DNA of 64,000 nucleotides from Perna viridis (Eukaryota): contig CM074512.1 in the NCBI GenBank assembly GCA_037379345.1, positions 63,075,597 to 63,139,596 of the forward strand, written 5' to 3'. Below are positions 24,001 through 36,000 of this stretch, piece by piece. Under the pieces are notes generated by a model, which was given only the letters and a program-made list of their open reading frames with translations, was not told the DNA's origin and did no database searches. Every line of letters starts with the position of its first letter. Position 1 is the first letter of the stretch. The position numbers and the translations under genes were made by a program.

Positions 24001-27000
24001 TGTATAAATATTGTTTACATGCATGAGTAATTTGCCTCCATGCTGTCAGTTAGCAGAAAAGGTAAAAATGTTGATTTTCAGTATTCTTTATTCAAGTAAA
24101 TTTTGTGAAGAATTTCTAAGGACATCGTACCATTAGAGTAATGATTTTGAAAGCCTTCTTTTACAAGCTTTTCAATGGTATGCAACTTTAAAGTGTCATT
24201 TGTCCTGAAAATTACTTGTTTAACATGTTAAGTAATGGAAACGTTAGTGAGACCATAAACAAACATACTACCAACCTAAATAAAGGGGAGATAACCTTTT
24301 TCAGTATATAAACAAACATACCAGTAACCACCAACCTAAATAAAGGGGAGATAACCTTTATAGTACAAAAACAAACATAACACCAACCTAAATAAAGGAC
24401 AGAATCTTTATTGTACATTTCAGCAGAATAAGTTAGTCAAAAATGCATGTCAGTAGGGTAAAAAATATGCTGTCTTCTAGTAAACAAAACAGTTCATAGA
24501 GACAGGTACAGTAAGATTCTTGCAACAAAGTGGCATGGGCTCAGCTACAGTAGAAAATGAAGAATCTAACACTGATGACTATGCAAGGTAGACAAATCTA
24601 AGGAACTCAGGGGTAAAACTTCAAGTTCTTTAAAAGGGCTTTACTGAGTAGAACATTGAAATCTTACACAAGGATGTCAGAATTTTTCAAGTCTTACATT
24701 TTCTAATGGAGGTTGATTTTATTTCTCATTTTCAAAATTAATCGTGCAATAATTAGGCCAATTCAAAATTACAAAACATGGGTTTTTTACAAGACATCAT
24801 AATATGTTTTATTTTGACATCACAAACATTGTGTATTTTATCTCATTTATAGTTGAGATAAGAAAATCTCACATGGCGTAAAATAAGAAGACCTTTGTCC
24901 TAAAAAAAAACGAAAAAACAAATTAACAAGTTAATCAAGATTGCTACATATAGCCACACATCCCACACCGCAACAAAGAATTAATGTTCCAAAATTTCCA
25001 TAACTCCTATAAAATTTGTTGAATCAAAATGGCAACTCAATATGATCAAATACATAAGTTGACTAACAATCATACACAATATGAACAAAATCCGCTGAGC
25101 GATTCTTGAGGAGTTGTGTCCTCAAGTTCAAGTGTGGTGGACAGACAGACAAACAGACAAATGCACAGACATCAGTATTTTTATGTCCCCTTCCGCTAGC
25201 ATTGATGGACCAAAAAACTTAATTATAACATACCAGTGAAAGCCTAAGTTGTAAAGCTTCGTGAATATTCTGTCTTTCTTTAAATTCGTCTGGTGTTTTA
25301 TCCTGAAGAAGAAAAAAATTGTTGATTTTTCATCTGCATTAAAAGAAATAAACAGTAATTTATGCAGCATCTCTGGGTCTTGTTTTTATGTAAATAGCAA
25401 TACAATAATTTTTATCCAAAAAGCACAAATCAATTGATAGAATACTAAAGTATTTACATGTAAAAATATTTGTATTATTTACCATTTTGCATGTCTATCT
25501 TTGACTTTGACATATGACATCAATATTTTTTGAAGTGCCACTACTTCAAAACTCATACTGTGAAAGCACTATTGTTCATTGGGTACCAATTTTCGTGGTT
25601 TTCATGGGTAAGCCAAACCATGAAATTTGGTTCCCAATGAAAAGGAGATTTCCATTGCTGTGTATACTGAAAACCTCAAAACCAAGAATTAAAAAATCCA
25701 CGAACTTGTGTTTCTTCCTTATCCATGAAAATTGGGACCCATGAATTAAAGTACAATGTACTTTCACAGTTATCAATCAGTTTGCATAACTTAAATGTTC
25801 CAACAAGGAAGGGCAATTACAGCACAATTCTATTAATACCAAAAGCTGTTATGTCACATGAGTTTTAGGCATTCCCTATAAAGGACAAAGCTATTTGTAC
25901 TCAAATAGCATTTAACTTTATTAATAATGTACGGCTACATTGTTATAAGTATATACAAGATGTTTCAACCAACTGGAATATGCAATATTTCAAGTTCGAA
26001 CAATCACTTCCTATCTGCATGCATTATTTCCAATATACTTCACTTCCAACTAAACAAATTTTGAGCCATTCTTGTTTTAGAGTATCTACATATATACTGG
26101 GATGATTTTACGAGATCATCAACCAAAATGGAAATCGGTAAAATTGGAAATAAATAAATAGTAAAAAAAGTATTGTAACAATAATATCCAGATTTCAATT
26201 AGCAGAATTCTGCTAAAAAGCTGAAAAAAATCATCCCTCATATATAGGATATATTAATCATACCAAAGCTGTATGCAACTGACTCTAACTTACCAGAGCA
26301 TCTTTACAGTTGTTGATGAATTGCTGGTGTAATAAAGAGCAGAGAAGACCCTCTCTCTGTTCATCTTGTCCTTTCAAGCATGTCAGTACCAAAGACAGGA
26401 ATGGCTGATGACCAAGTAAAGATTTACTGAAACAGAAACAGACAATTTTATAACCACATGTACCAGTTTTAGAACCCAATCTCTGAGTATATACATTGTA
26501 TTAAACAAATCTTACCATAAAACAAGAGGCTCCCAGGAGCCGGAATCGCTCACCTGGTTGAATTTTGCCTTTAAGGGGCAATAAATTAAACAAGAAGTTG
26601 TCTAACAATTTTGACTCAAGAAAACCTTGATAGGACTTATCATAAGGAGCATTTCAGTAAATGAAAGTCTAAATCTATCATAGTTTTCAAGACATTGGCT
26701 GAAAACTGTAAACAAAAACGTCATTTTCCCCTGTCAAGGGCAATAACTCTTATAAGAAGGCGTCTGACAAATTTTAAGCCTGAAGACCTTTGTAGTCCTA
26801 AAAATAAGGATCATTTGAAAGAATTTGGCTAAACCTGACGATTTTGGAGATATATGCAAAAACTACTGTCTGACCCCTATGTTATATATTTATTAACAGT
26901 GGCCATGTTTTTCGACGGATCAAAAACCCCACTTCAATTCTATGCAAGATACCCCAAGGAACACTTATACAGAGTTTTGTTTCAATTGGTAAAATAGTGT

Positions 27001-30000
27001 CAGAGGAGAAGATTTTTGAAAGAAATAACATTAAAAATAGCAAAAAACTTTGAAAAAGGGCAGTAACTACTACATGGCTGAATAGATTAAAATGAAAATT
27101 TGACCGCAGATAGATCTCATCATGCTAAACACTTTAACCCCTTTCAAAATGAGCTTAACCTAACCGTTTTGGAGATATATGCGAAAAACTATAGTCTGAC
27201 CCCTATGTTCTATTTTTAGTAACGACAGGATGCATCAAAAGTCCCCACATCAGTTCTATGCAGGATACCCAAGAAACATTCATACCAAGTTCGGTTCCAA
27301 TTGGTCAAGTAGTTTCAGAGGAGATGAGTTTTGAAAAATTGTTAACGACAACAACGGACGACGATGGATGCCAAGTGATGGCAATAGGTCACATGGCCAG
27401 GTGAGCTAAAAAATGGGGGAAATATTGTGGATGCCAATTTTTGTTTCAAAATAGTAAAGCACTGATGAATAATGCAGAAAAGGTCCTTCATCTAATCCTA
27501 TTCCATATCAGATTCAATTCCAGTAACTTCATTGCACTAGAAGTGGTCACATGACATGCATTACTTACAGTATTGTTTCTACCAGTCAATATAATGATAG
27601 TACCTGGTATTAAACAATATTGTCCATATGCAAAATTTGCCAGAAGAAATCAGTAGGCTATAAAATACTTCATTGTATAATGCAAAACTCCAACTGATTA
27701 CAAAACATCATCTGTCAAATCAGTCAACACAAATAAAAACAATATAAGAACAACAACAAACACATCTCTTCACCTTTTCAGATTTCTCTCCTTGTCAAAT
27801 TTTTTGTTAATGACATTATTACCAGCCTCCAGTAACTGAGCTGCTAGTTTGAGTATTCTTCCCTGAACTTGTCCTGGCAACTTGATTATTAATGGACCAA
27901 ACATCCATACGCTGTCCTTATCCATCTTTACCCTACAAAATACATATGTCATTACAATGGGATTATCCATGTATGTAGTGTCTTCTTGAAGGTACTCAAC
28001 CTTCTTTCAAATGGTATCAATATTTTCAAACATAAAGAGTTGGAAATAAAAGAAAATTAATGTGGGAGAAATGTGACAAAACTTTTTTTGTTACGACAGA
28101 TTGACAATGTGTGAAAAGTATTTGCTCTAACCAACTTAATCAACAAAAAGGTGAAGTCCATAACAGATAACCCATAACACACAGCCAAATATAAATTGTT
28201 GGTATGGTCAGGTATAAATGCCTGATTGACTGTCATGTTAAATGGACTAAGAACCAAGGAATTAACTTTGAGTGGCCTTGTACATTACATGCATCATTTG
28301 TTACAGCCAAAATACTCAATGATAAAGGGACTTGAATGAACTCAGTGTAGAAATGTTTGATAGTTGCTCTACATTTTCTCTTTTTTTTAAAATCATGCAG
28401 ATACAAAGTTTGAGTATACTGGTTAACTCTACACATGGGTTTATTGGAAAGTTGAACAAAAGTAAAATAATGTTACTCTATATCTGAACAACATTACTAA
28501 CAAAGAGATAATTAGCAACTCCAATTCCTCAAAAAAATTAAGCAAAGACCAGGTGTTGCCCAAGAAACAACCACTGAGCATTCATAGCTTGACTTTCTGC
28601 ACCAGTATTTATACCTACCTGTTTTGTTTCTGTGCCAGTATTTATACTTACCCGTTTTGTTTCTGTACCAGTATTTATACCTACCTATTTTGTTTCTGTG
28701 CCAGTATTTATACCTACATGTTTTGTTTCTGTGCCAGTATTTATACCTACCTGTTTTGTTTCTGTACCAGTATTTATATCTAACTGTTTTGTAGTTCTTC
28801 ATTCATAGCTTTACCTTCCATACCAGTATTTATACCTACCTGTTTTTTTTCTGTACCAGTATTTATACCAACCTGTTTTGTTTCTGTGCCAGTATTTATA
28901 CCTACCTGTGTAGTTGTTCATTCAAAGCTTGGCCTTCCATACCAGTATTTATACCTACCTGTTTTGTTGATCATTCATAGCTTGGCCTTCCGTACCAGTA
29001 TTTATACCTATCTATTTTGTTTCTGTACCAGTAATTATACCTACCTGTGTAGTTGTTCATTCATAGCTTGGCCTTCTGTACCAGTATGAATACCTACCTA
29101 TTTTGTTGTTCTGGTTTCATAATCATGCTGTAGGCTGATGGTTTACTGGTCTCTGTCTGCTGATGAAGAAGGTCAATAGTCCCTCTGGCAACTTGGTCCA
29201 AAATATAATTGGTTTCCTAAACATCAAATATTCTACGGTAAATGAATTTTTCATTGCTTTTCAGAACAATTAACAGCATTCGTTGCAAATATTATTTAAT
29301 AGTTCTGCGCAATGCTTTAACTTGGCACACAACCACACACACTTATGAATGGACTTTCAATAAAAGCAACAAATGTTAATTAAGTACTTTTACATCAGTT
29401 TACCAGTATCGATCAGTGTACAATTCAAATTTTGCTATTTTGGAATATTTCCGGAAGATGAATCTTAAACTGTATGAATGAGATTAGTAAAAGCAGTAAA
29501 AGTTGGAACGTAGTGGAGTTACATCAAAACAAGAACATACTACGGCAACATTTTCTTAAATAATATACATATATACTGAAGAGCATCCAAAGAATTTGAA
29601 AAAAAGGGGGTTCTAGAACAAAAAAAAACAACACCAAATCCCCTGGATCTGTCACTGATATATATAGCAATAAGGATAGTTATGCTGCTATCACTTGTCA
29701 CCTTTATCTGAAAGTCCACAATCAAAATGCATAGTTGTATCATTAACGCAAGGAACTGCTCTCAACTGCGAAAATTATAAAATATAAATGAAGAAAACGC
29801 TAAGAGATTAAACATTATAGTTTTGACCTATTAATCTTTGTCTACAAAAAAAATAGAAAACCACTGAGATATGAGAATGATACATGAATTTAATGCAATA
29901 TCTTCCATTATAAAGAATCCAGTACCCAGGTGCTACCTTTCTAATATAAATTCATATTATGCATTGTTACAAAACTTTATATATCAATAAAAGTCGATAA

Positions 30001-33000
30001 AAGTGGTTATTGAACAAGTTCCCAATCAAAACACTGGTGTTACCATGGAAACAGTGCCATTAGATCATTTCATCTTGTAACATGGAGGTGTTTGGTTCAG
30101 GGTTTGGATGTGATATTTTCCAAATGTTTCGAAATGGTCAAATGAATACAATCAAGAGAGACAATGTATGTAGTTAGCAGGAAAAGAATTAGGATTATCT
30201 GGACTTCATAAAAAAAAAATTAAACAGAGCACAATGCATTTTTAACTTTTTTTTTTAAAGAATTTGTTATGAGTTGACATGAAGTAAAAAAATTAAGGTA
30301 AAATGACAGTTAATTGTTAAAATTATATCGACTTTAAAGCAGAAAATGTGTAATAATGTAAAATGTTTGCAAATAGGAGCATTCTTTATTTTTCATACAT
30401 TTTTAATTTATTTATTTCAATAATAATTAATTATAATTTGAAAGATGAAAAGTTGAAAGTATGTTCAAATAACGTAATGAAAGAGCTGAGTGTCTTAGAC
30501 ACAAGATCAATGTTATTGCTTTTCAAATAACATTTTTATAATAAATTTTATTATAGAAGCAAGAGCCCAGAAAGTTTATAAAATGATTCATTCATACATA
30601 TAAGTATATAAAATTCATTCAAATATAAGAAAAAAATTTATTTCTCATATTAAATAAATTTTCAAATTACATAATATACATTAAAATACAACTCAAGACT
30701 ACAAATAAAAGGAACAATGGGAAAAAAATGAGGATACAATTTCAGTCATGTAAAATCGCTTATTTTAGGAAATATTTTTTTTCAGAAAAGAAAGGACATC
30801 GATTTTAAGAAAATAAAGTAAATGGTCAGAATATTTTTTTTTAGGTTTAAGGATTGCAATGAACTATTTTAGGCATTTCAGCTAACAGTCAGAAAGCCTC
30901 TTTTTTTTCAAAGACAAACCCAAAGCAATAATAACTCCATTGAAACTTTGTAAAATATAGAGACTGAATTTTTTTAATTCAGAGATTCAATTACAGATTC
31001 AATTACAGCTATACTTACATGTATTGTGGAAAAAAAGGGGGACTAACAATATACAAAATCTTGAAATTCAATTATAACTTTAGTTATTGTTGGTTACTCT
31101 TTCTGTGTAAAAATTACACAGCATTTGTGTATTCCATAGATCTTACATGTGTGTGAGGGTTTAAAGGGTATATCATAAATATGCAGGAAACAGGGCCTTT
31201 ATTCAATTTTTTAATGAAATCAATATAAAACTTCTTGTAATAGACCACCTACTTCAGAAAATTGTTTTGATTTATGATATGGAGTTTATGATTTGAAATT
31301 AATATTTTTAGCTTATCCTTTTTACAAAACACAAAGAGTTATCTAACCTGACTTTTAGTAGATATCCCTATTCAGTATGGATTAAAATGGCTAAAGATAA
31401 AATATAGTTGGGTCATTTTTTCTAGATCAGTTATATGTCTCACAATTATTAACATATATCTAATGTAAAATGATACAAACAGGAAAAAAACTGAATAAAT
31501 GACAGCCAAGTCAAAAATTTGTTCTACGATCAACCGTTTCTAGTTCAAACTCTCTAACCACAAGGTACAGATCTATAATTACATTGTGATTGTTTTTCTA
31601 AGGCACTACAATAATTTTAGGAACATGTCTTTGTGGCACAGCTGTCAATTTTTTGTTTACTCACGGCAGACTGTGTGCTGGATTTCTTTACGACGGACTT
31701 GTCATGGGTTGAAGTGGGGTCCAACAAAAACAAAAATAACATTTCATATCATGGCTGTTCAAGAATGAAAAGAAATGAGTGGGTAATTTATTCGAAACTT
31801 GAAGAAAGATTTCCATGAAACATTCTTTTCAGATTCCCTATTTGCAGTAAACAGAACACATTCCCTCTTTTCATAAATTGTATAATTTTTGATGATGTTC
31901 AATGTATAGAAAAATGTATACGAAAAGATGAACATTAATAATCTATTAATTGCTACTTTATCTATGATATTAACAGCATGTGTATTCTTAAATTTTTGCA
32001 ATAATTTCTTTATTTTTCACTGACAAGGGAAATTATAAGTAAACAGTGATTCACTGAATTATCTCACTCTCTCTATAGAAAGCTCTTGTAAAATGCATTT
32101 TCACTGAAAATTTTCATGTGATTTCACTTCAAATGTTAACTACATTGCTCTTCAAAATTTAAGTAAAGTCATGAAATTGTTTATTTACAACACTTCAGCT
32201 TTAAAAAGAAAGATAACTGGTTTCTTATGGAAGGTAACTCTGTATTCTGCAACTAAGGAATGATCTAGTCACTTCCATTGAAAATTTGGATTTACAGAAT
32301 TCACTTAAAATTGCCTCCTCATATTCCCACCCTTTCAATTCAAAAACAGCTCCCAAAGCAATTAAGACTTACTTGTAAGGCCATGAAAACTTGACTTTTA
32401 GGTTCTCATCTTTTTTAAGTCAAGCCCCTTTATTGATATTATAAATCTCACTAGTTTTTCTTGAAGAAACCCAACAGAAATCATGTAATGGAAAAATCTT
32501 TCCATGGAAAGAAAAAGAAGATGAAAACCTAAACGTACATGTAAATGGCCTGACCTTATTGATATGTTAGTTACCACCTATAACAATAACATCTCCCTTC
32601 ACTACCAATTACAGGCACACTGTCAGTTACAATATATTTCTTCAATGACTTTTTATAGTAAGAAACCTCTCTAAGATTTCTGATATTCAAATTAGTCAAT
32701 AGTGAAATAAAACAAATGCCAATTATTTTAGAATTTAAAATATCAAATTTATGAAATATACTGTAAGCAGTATGCCTGCAAACAGTTATTGCTTAACCAT
32801 AAACAACTTACCAATTAATACACGTACATAATATATTTTTCTCCAAAAAATTACAATCCCTTCAGTAAATAACATGCATTCACTAATTTATAAAATTACC
32901 CAATAATAATCCTTCAGATTCAAGTTGTAAAATAACAATTCATCCAATAAAAACCCTACTGTCCTGTAAGCAAAACAACTTTCACCAAGCTTAAAAAATA

Positions 33001-36000
33001 TTTAAAGGTCAAAGTTCATAGCATTAAAAAAAATATAACATCTCTACTTACTGCTTGTGTTGCACACTGCTTGAACATGAGCTGTAGCTCCAATGAGCAG
33101 ACTCTGAAGTCCCAAAGATTAAGATTCTGTAACACTCGCTGAATGTTCTCCTTCGTTTCATGATCCTGGCCATCCACTTGGTTTGGTACACCATTTGGAT
33201 AGCATATCATATGTAGTATTTGTTGTGCCTGATGAATAAGATACATTTAGAAAACATTTTTATCTCGTTGTTGTTCAGGGCTTCAAATTTAGTTTCAGGA
33301 GGAGGGGGATTTAGGCTGTTTAAAGTTTATAAATAAAGGGTCCACTTGAAGAAAATCAAAAGTCCTCAACAAAGTGTCAATTAAAAGGGTTGAAGGTCAA
33401 GGTCTGAGAATACTTCCTTGAGTGAAAGTATTTCGTGTTTTGGATTTCTCATTTTGCCTGATTCTTAAAAATGCTTGCGCTTTAGTGTTCTACATATTCA
33501 GTCCGTTGCTTACGCCTCCTCAAGCACAAATTTTCATTTTAGCATTATCATGTAATTTGTGAGTGTGTAATGTCTGTATCACGAGAATGAATGGTTACAA
33601 AAAAAATGTATACGCATTTATCAATAGATTCATGTCCATGCAACATTTATCAGTTATGTGTTTGTATCTCAATGCATCACTGCAAAAAAAAAAATCAATG
33701 ATTAGCAATTTCTAATCATTAAAGTATAACATAATGTCTGCATCATTTCCCTTTAATATAAAAACATAAATATTTGTCGTAATCTAGGATTTAGAACAGA
33801 TCATGTACCTTGTCAGTTTTGTGTAAAATGGTATTGTGTGCTGTGTGCCATGTGTGCATATTTCATGGAAATGCAAACCTGTTTGTTGGTCAACATCTGA
33901 TCTAGGAGAAGATCAGAGCTTAGAACTGCATCTGGATCTTTCAAGAATTTCTCTCGTACCCATTCCTGACGACACATTTCTTTCATTGCATGGCGAGCAA
34001 AATCACTCAATGACGACTCCTTGGCTTTCCACTTTGTTGTCCTAAATAGAAGAAAATTGTAATAATGAATTTTATAATAAACTATGTGAAAGCATCAGAG
34101 AGAAAGAAAAGTTTTAATTGCTTTAATTCTACAAATTTCTGTTCAAGGTATGCAAAATCTAGACTTTTTATAATTCATTTAAATTTCCTAAAATTTGTAA
34201 AAATTTGAATATGTGATCAAATGTACTGTACCCAAGCCTACCAACAATATTGTTGGTATAGGAGACTGAATTGTCCAGATACATTTACATATGTGCATGA
34301 AAGACCTTCCCTGCAATATTATCAATTCAAACATTGCACTATTATCATACATGTATATGTTTTAATATCTTTGTCCTCCCAAATACTATCAAGTTTTGAA
34401 GCCATAAACCATTATGTTGACATTATCGTCTGCACTTTAACTGCCAAAAACTGTGGTCTTTCCCTAACATCATATTGGTAACATCATCATTATTATCCAG
34501 TATTAAAACCTTACCCTAATATCATATAGACATCATCATCCCCCTCAATACTATTGAATATAACCCCATACCCTAACATTGTATCGACATCATCATCCTC
34601 CCAAACACTACTGAGAATAAAACCCTACCCTAACATCATAACAAAACCATTGTCCTCCCCTTACTATTGAGTATAACCCCTTACCCTAACATCATATCAA
34701 CATCATCATCTTCTCCAATACTATCGAGTAATGAGCTAATGATGTCTCTGTCACTCATGTTGTCTTTTTTACTGCCAGATTTACTTCTATTATCATCACT
34801 GCATACATCACCTAGAATTTGAAAGAAAAATAGTTTGATTTTAATGCAAAAACATGTGTCTCCTCCTTTTAATAGAATATGTAAACCCTGAACCACATAT
34901 ATGAAAATTCTGAATGCTTCTATATTCTCAGGTATAAATTTGTGGTCTGACAAAAATGTCAGACCATAAATAACTTCTGTCAATGATTTTTGAAGGAAGG
35001 GTGTCATTAAGTCTCTAAATTAGCCCATAATATATAAATAGTTTGAGTTTAAATTGTTTGCCATTTGCTGTTTTCATTTTATCATATTATCATGTCAAAA
35101 TATCTTGTATTAAGATTTTGACTGTCCAAAAATGAGTAAAGTATTGGGCTAAATAAAAACCTTATTGACCCTTATCCTTTGAATTTTGTAGTTTGTCCTA
35201 ACCATATAGACCATGAAAATTGATATCCCACAAAAAAGAACAGTTCTTCAACTGCAGTACTTACTAAGAACAAGCATAGCTTTAAGAACAGCTAATACAG
35301 GTCCTACTGATATACTGTCATGGGCTGCTATCAAGAGATGTTTGTCACATGACGACTTGATGTTACATTGGTTCGATTTCCCACAATTCCCATACCAGGA
35401 AAAAGTGTTCATGTCTGATGTCTTAAACAAACGTAACAATATCTGACATGTCAGTCTTGCTCCAGGTTCAGCATCTTGATCTCCTGATGCTGAAAGAAAA
35501 GAACAAAAGATTAATGTTAATTTATCTTCTAAGAAATTACCGTGAAAGAAAGTATTTTAATTAATTGGATACCAATTTTTGTGGATGAGGGGAGAAACAC
35601 AAGTTCGTGGATCTTAAATTCGTGGTTGTGAGGTTTTCAGTATACACATCAATGGGAACCTCCTTTTAATTTGAAACCAAACTTTGTGGTTTGCCCTACC
35701 AATGAAAACCATGAAATTTGGTACCCCATGAAAAATAATACTATCACAGTACTCTACTAATGTTTTGGTAACAGTTTTACATATATGACAATAAGACCTA
35801 CAGATTCTCAAAAGTACACTATACATGTAGGTGAATGGTGAGTATTCAGCCAAAATTTTGTTGTTGTTTTTGGAAATTTTCAAAATCAATCATTTGACAG
35901 AACCAGACATACGATATTTCTTCCATGTATCAAACTCTTCATGGTTTACCAATGATAAGTCCTTTTCTACCTTTCAAATGCATGAAAACTTTATCATCTA

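Noticed and set aside
25514-25776. Similar short ORFs recurring at 25514, 35614, 40105 and 49767 ([13 protein letters not shown])
   Set aside because: Translations of the non-coding MITE family A; no transposase motifs.
28512-29089. Repetitive ORFs ([11 protein letters not shown] / [11 protein letters not shown])
   Set aside because: By-products of a 33-bp repeat period; no splice or homology support.
28590-29112. CRISPR-like appearance of the 25-33-bp arrays (also 19751, 42514, 52181, 58951)
   Set aside because: Units are head-to-tail without unique spacers, there are no cas genes, and the context is spliceosomal introns of a eukaryote.
29217-33051. Nested antisense GPCR genes like those in vertebrate MED12L introns
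   Set aside because: No long ORF or 7TM-like sequence in any intron.
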